64,000 bases of DNA, taken from assembly GCA_965249725.1 (NCBI GenBank), contig CBDFMQ010000002.1, positions 448,001 to 512,000 of the forward strand. Direction: 5' to 3'. Source of the stretch: Longimicrobiales bacterium. GTDB taxonomy: Bacteria; Gemmatimonadota; Gemmatimonadetes; Longimicrobiales; Gaopeijiaceae. This document shows positions 62,376-64,000 of this stretch, piece after piece. A model generated the notes under the pieces. That model worked only from the letters and a program-made list of their open reading frames with translations, searched no databases and was not told the DNA's origin. The stretch's first letter is position 1, and each line of letters starts with the position of its first letter. The translations under genes were made by a program, and so were the position numbers.

Positions 62376-63959
62376 TCAGTTCCCGTTGTCCGCGATGATC
62401 TGCTGGACTTCGGCCAGCCCGCTCTCCGTCCACTGTGGGTCCTCGTCCCCACCGGCAATGCGCGCCCCGAGATAGAACACCATTCGCGCGATGCGAGCGG
62501 CCTTCTCAGAGTCGATGAGGTGGGATTCGTCGGAGGGCTTGTGGTAGTCCTCGTGGTCCCAAGTGGTGAAGAAGATCGCCGGAATATCCTTGTTCACGAA
62601 GTGGAGGTGATCGCTGCGGAAGAAGGCCTGCTCCTCGGGTTTCGGATCTTCGATGACCGTGAAGCCGAGGTCCGGATGCTCTTCCAGAATGCGGTCCGTG
62701 AGAGGGCCGAGATTGGTGTACTGCCGACCGACACCGATCACCGTGTCGGGGTGGTTCCGGCCCACCATGTCGAGGTTGATGTTCATGATGATCCCCTCGA
62801 GGGGCACGGTGGGGTTCTCCGAGAAGTACTTCGACCCCAGGAGTCCCTTCTCCTCACCGCTCACGGCGAGGAAGATCACCGAGCGTGCCGTCGATACGTC
62901 CATGGCCGCAAAGGCCTCGGCCGTCTCCAACAACACGGATGTACCGGACGCGTCGTCGTCGGCGCCGTTGTAGATGGAATCACCTGATTCGTCGGGCAAC
63001 CCGACGCCGACATGGTCGAAATGGGCGCTGTAGACGATGTACTCGTCGCGAAGGACCGGGTCGGTTCCTCGGGACATCGCCACGATGTTGGGGGGGGTGT
63101 GCTCAGAGACCTCGAACGGGGCGGCCACCGTCATGGTGATGCCGTCCAGGGTGATCGCACTTTCAGGTGGGGACTCGCGCAGCGCGGGTAGGTCGAGCCC
63201 GGCAGCAGCGAGGAGTTCGCGCGACCGGTCGGCGGACAGCCCCACGATCGGGAGCGGCGTGGCCAACCCGGCGCCTTGAATGCCGCTCGCGAGATCGAGA
63301 ATGCTGTCCGGAGCGTTGGTGTCGTCGAGGAGCAGCACCAGGGCGGAGGCACCACCCTGTGCGGCCGCCTGGAACGCCCCGAGGAGCGCCTCGCCCGTGC
63401 CCACGACCGGATTCCCGTCGGTCGTAAAGAGCAGCACGTTTCCGCGAGCTACCTGTACGAGCCCTGCCGCTGGCTGTCCGGCCGACCCACCGAAGACCAC
63501 CTGGACTCCCTCGGCCACTTGTTGTCCCGGGATCACGTAGTAGTCCCGTCCGAAACCGAGGTCCTGGGGTCCGGAGGGTCCCTCGTACGCCACTTGCCGG
63601 CGGTCGACGACCATGGCGGTACGCGTGTAGGGGAAGCGCTGGAAGTAGGTGCCGTCGTCCCCGGCCGGCTCCAGGCCCGCGGCCTGCAGCTCGGCTGCCA
63701 GATACTCGGCGGCCACCTCGAGACCAGGGCTCGGCGTGTCGCGCCCGCCCAGCTCGTCGCTGGCCAGGAAGGTGATGTGCTCCTGGATCTGGTCCGGCCT
63801 GATGGTGGCTGCTGCTCGGGTCGTCGCTTGCGAGTAGCTGGCTCCGGATGACACCTCCGGCTGGGCCGGGGGCGCGGCAGGAGCGGCGGGAGCGGCCCCG
63901 CCTCCGGTGCAAGCGCCGGCACCGACGATAACGAGAGGGATCAGGAGTGAGTTTCTCAC
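62376..63959 (-). CDS. M28-family peptidase, probable lipoprotein
   Basis: GAGAC lipobox-like site, SAHFDHVG, GADDDASG, SGEEKGLLGS, NLDMVGR, RSDH, DYHKPSD. Confidence 0.93.
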   Translation of the reverse strand: MRNSLLIPLVIVGAGACTGGGAAPAAPAAPPAQPEVSSGASYSQATTRAAATIRPDQIQEHITFLASDELGGRDTPSPGLEVAAEYLAAELQAAGLEPAGDDGTYFQRFPYTRTAMVVDRRQVAYEGPSGPQDLGFGRDYYVIPGQQVAEGVQVVFGGSAGQPAAGLVQVARGNVLLFTTDGNPVVGTGEALLGAFQAAAQGGASALVLLLDDTNAPDSILDLASGIQGAGLATPLPIVGLSADRSRELLAAAGLDLPALRESPPESAITLDGITMTVAAPFEVSEHTPPNIVAMSRGTDPVLRDEYIVYSAHFDHVGVGLPDESGDSIYNGADDDASGTSVLLETAEAFAAMDVSTARSVIFLAVSGEEKGLLGSKYFSENPTVPLEGIIMNINLDMVGRNHPDTVIGVGRQYTNLGPLTDRILEEHPDLGFTVIEDPKPEEQAFFRSDHLHFVNKDIPAIFFTTWDHEDYHKPSDESHLIDSEKAARIARMVFYLGARIAGGDEDPQWTESGLAEVQQIIADNGN

Positions 63960-64000
63960 TTGAGCGTCTCCAATGGGTGAATCGAGTTGAGAGAGTTGCC

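Overview
High-GC bacterial chromosomal segment, mostly housekeeping genes. A diderm of the Gemmatimonadota (Longimicrobiales-like) is my best guess from gene style and protein families; this is an inference, not a database result. In order it carries: clpX (5' fragment), clpP, tig, tRNA-Leu(TAG), htrA and dnaK; nupC-type transporter with purine nucleoside phosphorylase; thiD, a TrmH methylase and prepilin peptidase; a ~2.4 kb accessory islet (heptad-repeat protein, two kinase remnants, two toxin-antitoxin pairs); gamma-CA, CNNM and MoxR; a complete F1Fo ATP synthase operon; thiE, mltG, ruvX, pyrimidine/thymidine phosphorylase, PBP1A, aroB, an acyl-CoA ligase, an NYN-LOTUS nuclease, mpg, etfBA, moeA and envelope proteins; dacB, a Fur-family regulator, acs, guaB, an MltD-like enzyme and an M28 peptidase. 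The most striking locus is 48477-51472. A GAF-like/TPR protein converges on a 79-aa secreted lipopeptide ending in six identical HNPGGNG repeats that differ only at synonymous positions, and that gene is divergent from a receiver-like AraC regulator. This is a candidate undescribed peptide-signalling system reminiscent of RRNPP/Rap-Phr, in a Gram-negative lineage. Other leads: a sigma54-type promoter with enhancer-like palindromes upstream of dnaK, structured leaders before the NYN-LOTUS gene and guaB, and a collapsed tandem kinase array. All calls come from reading motifs by eye; no searches were run.
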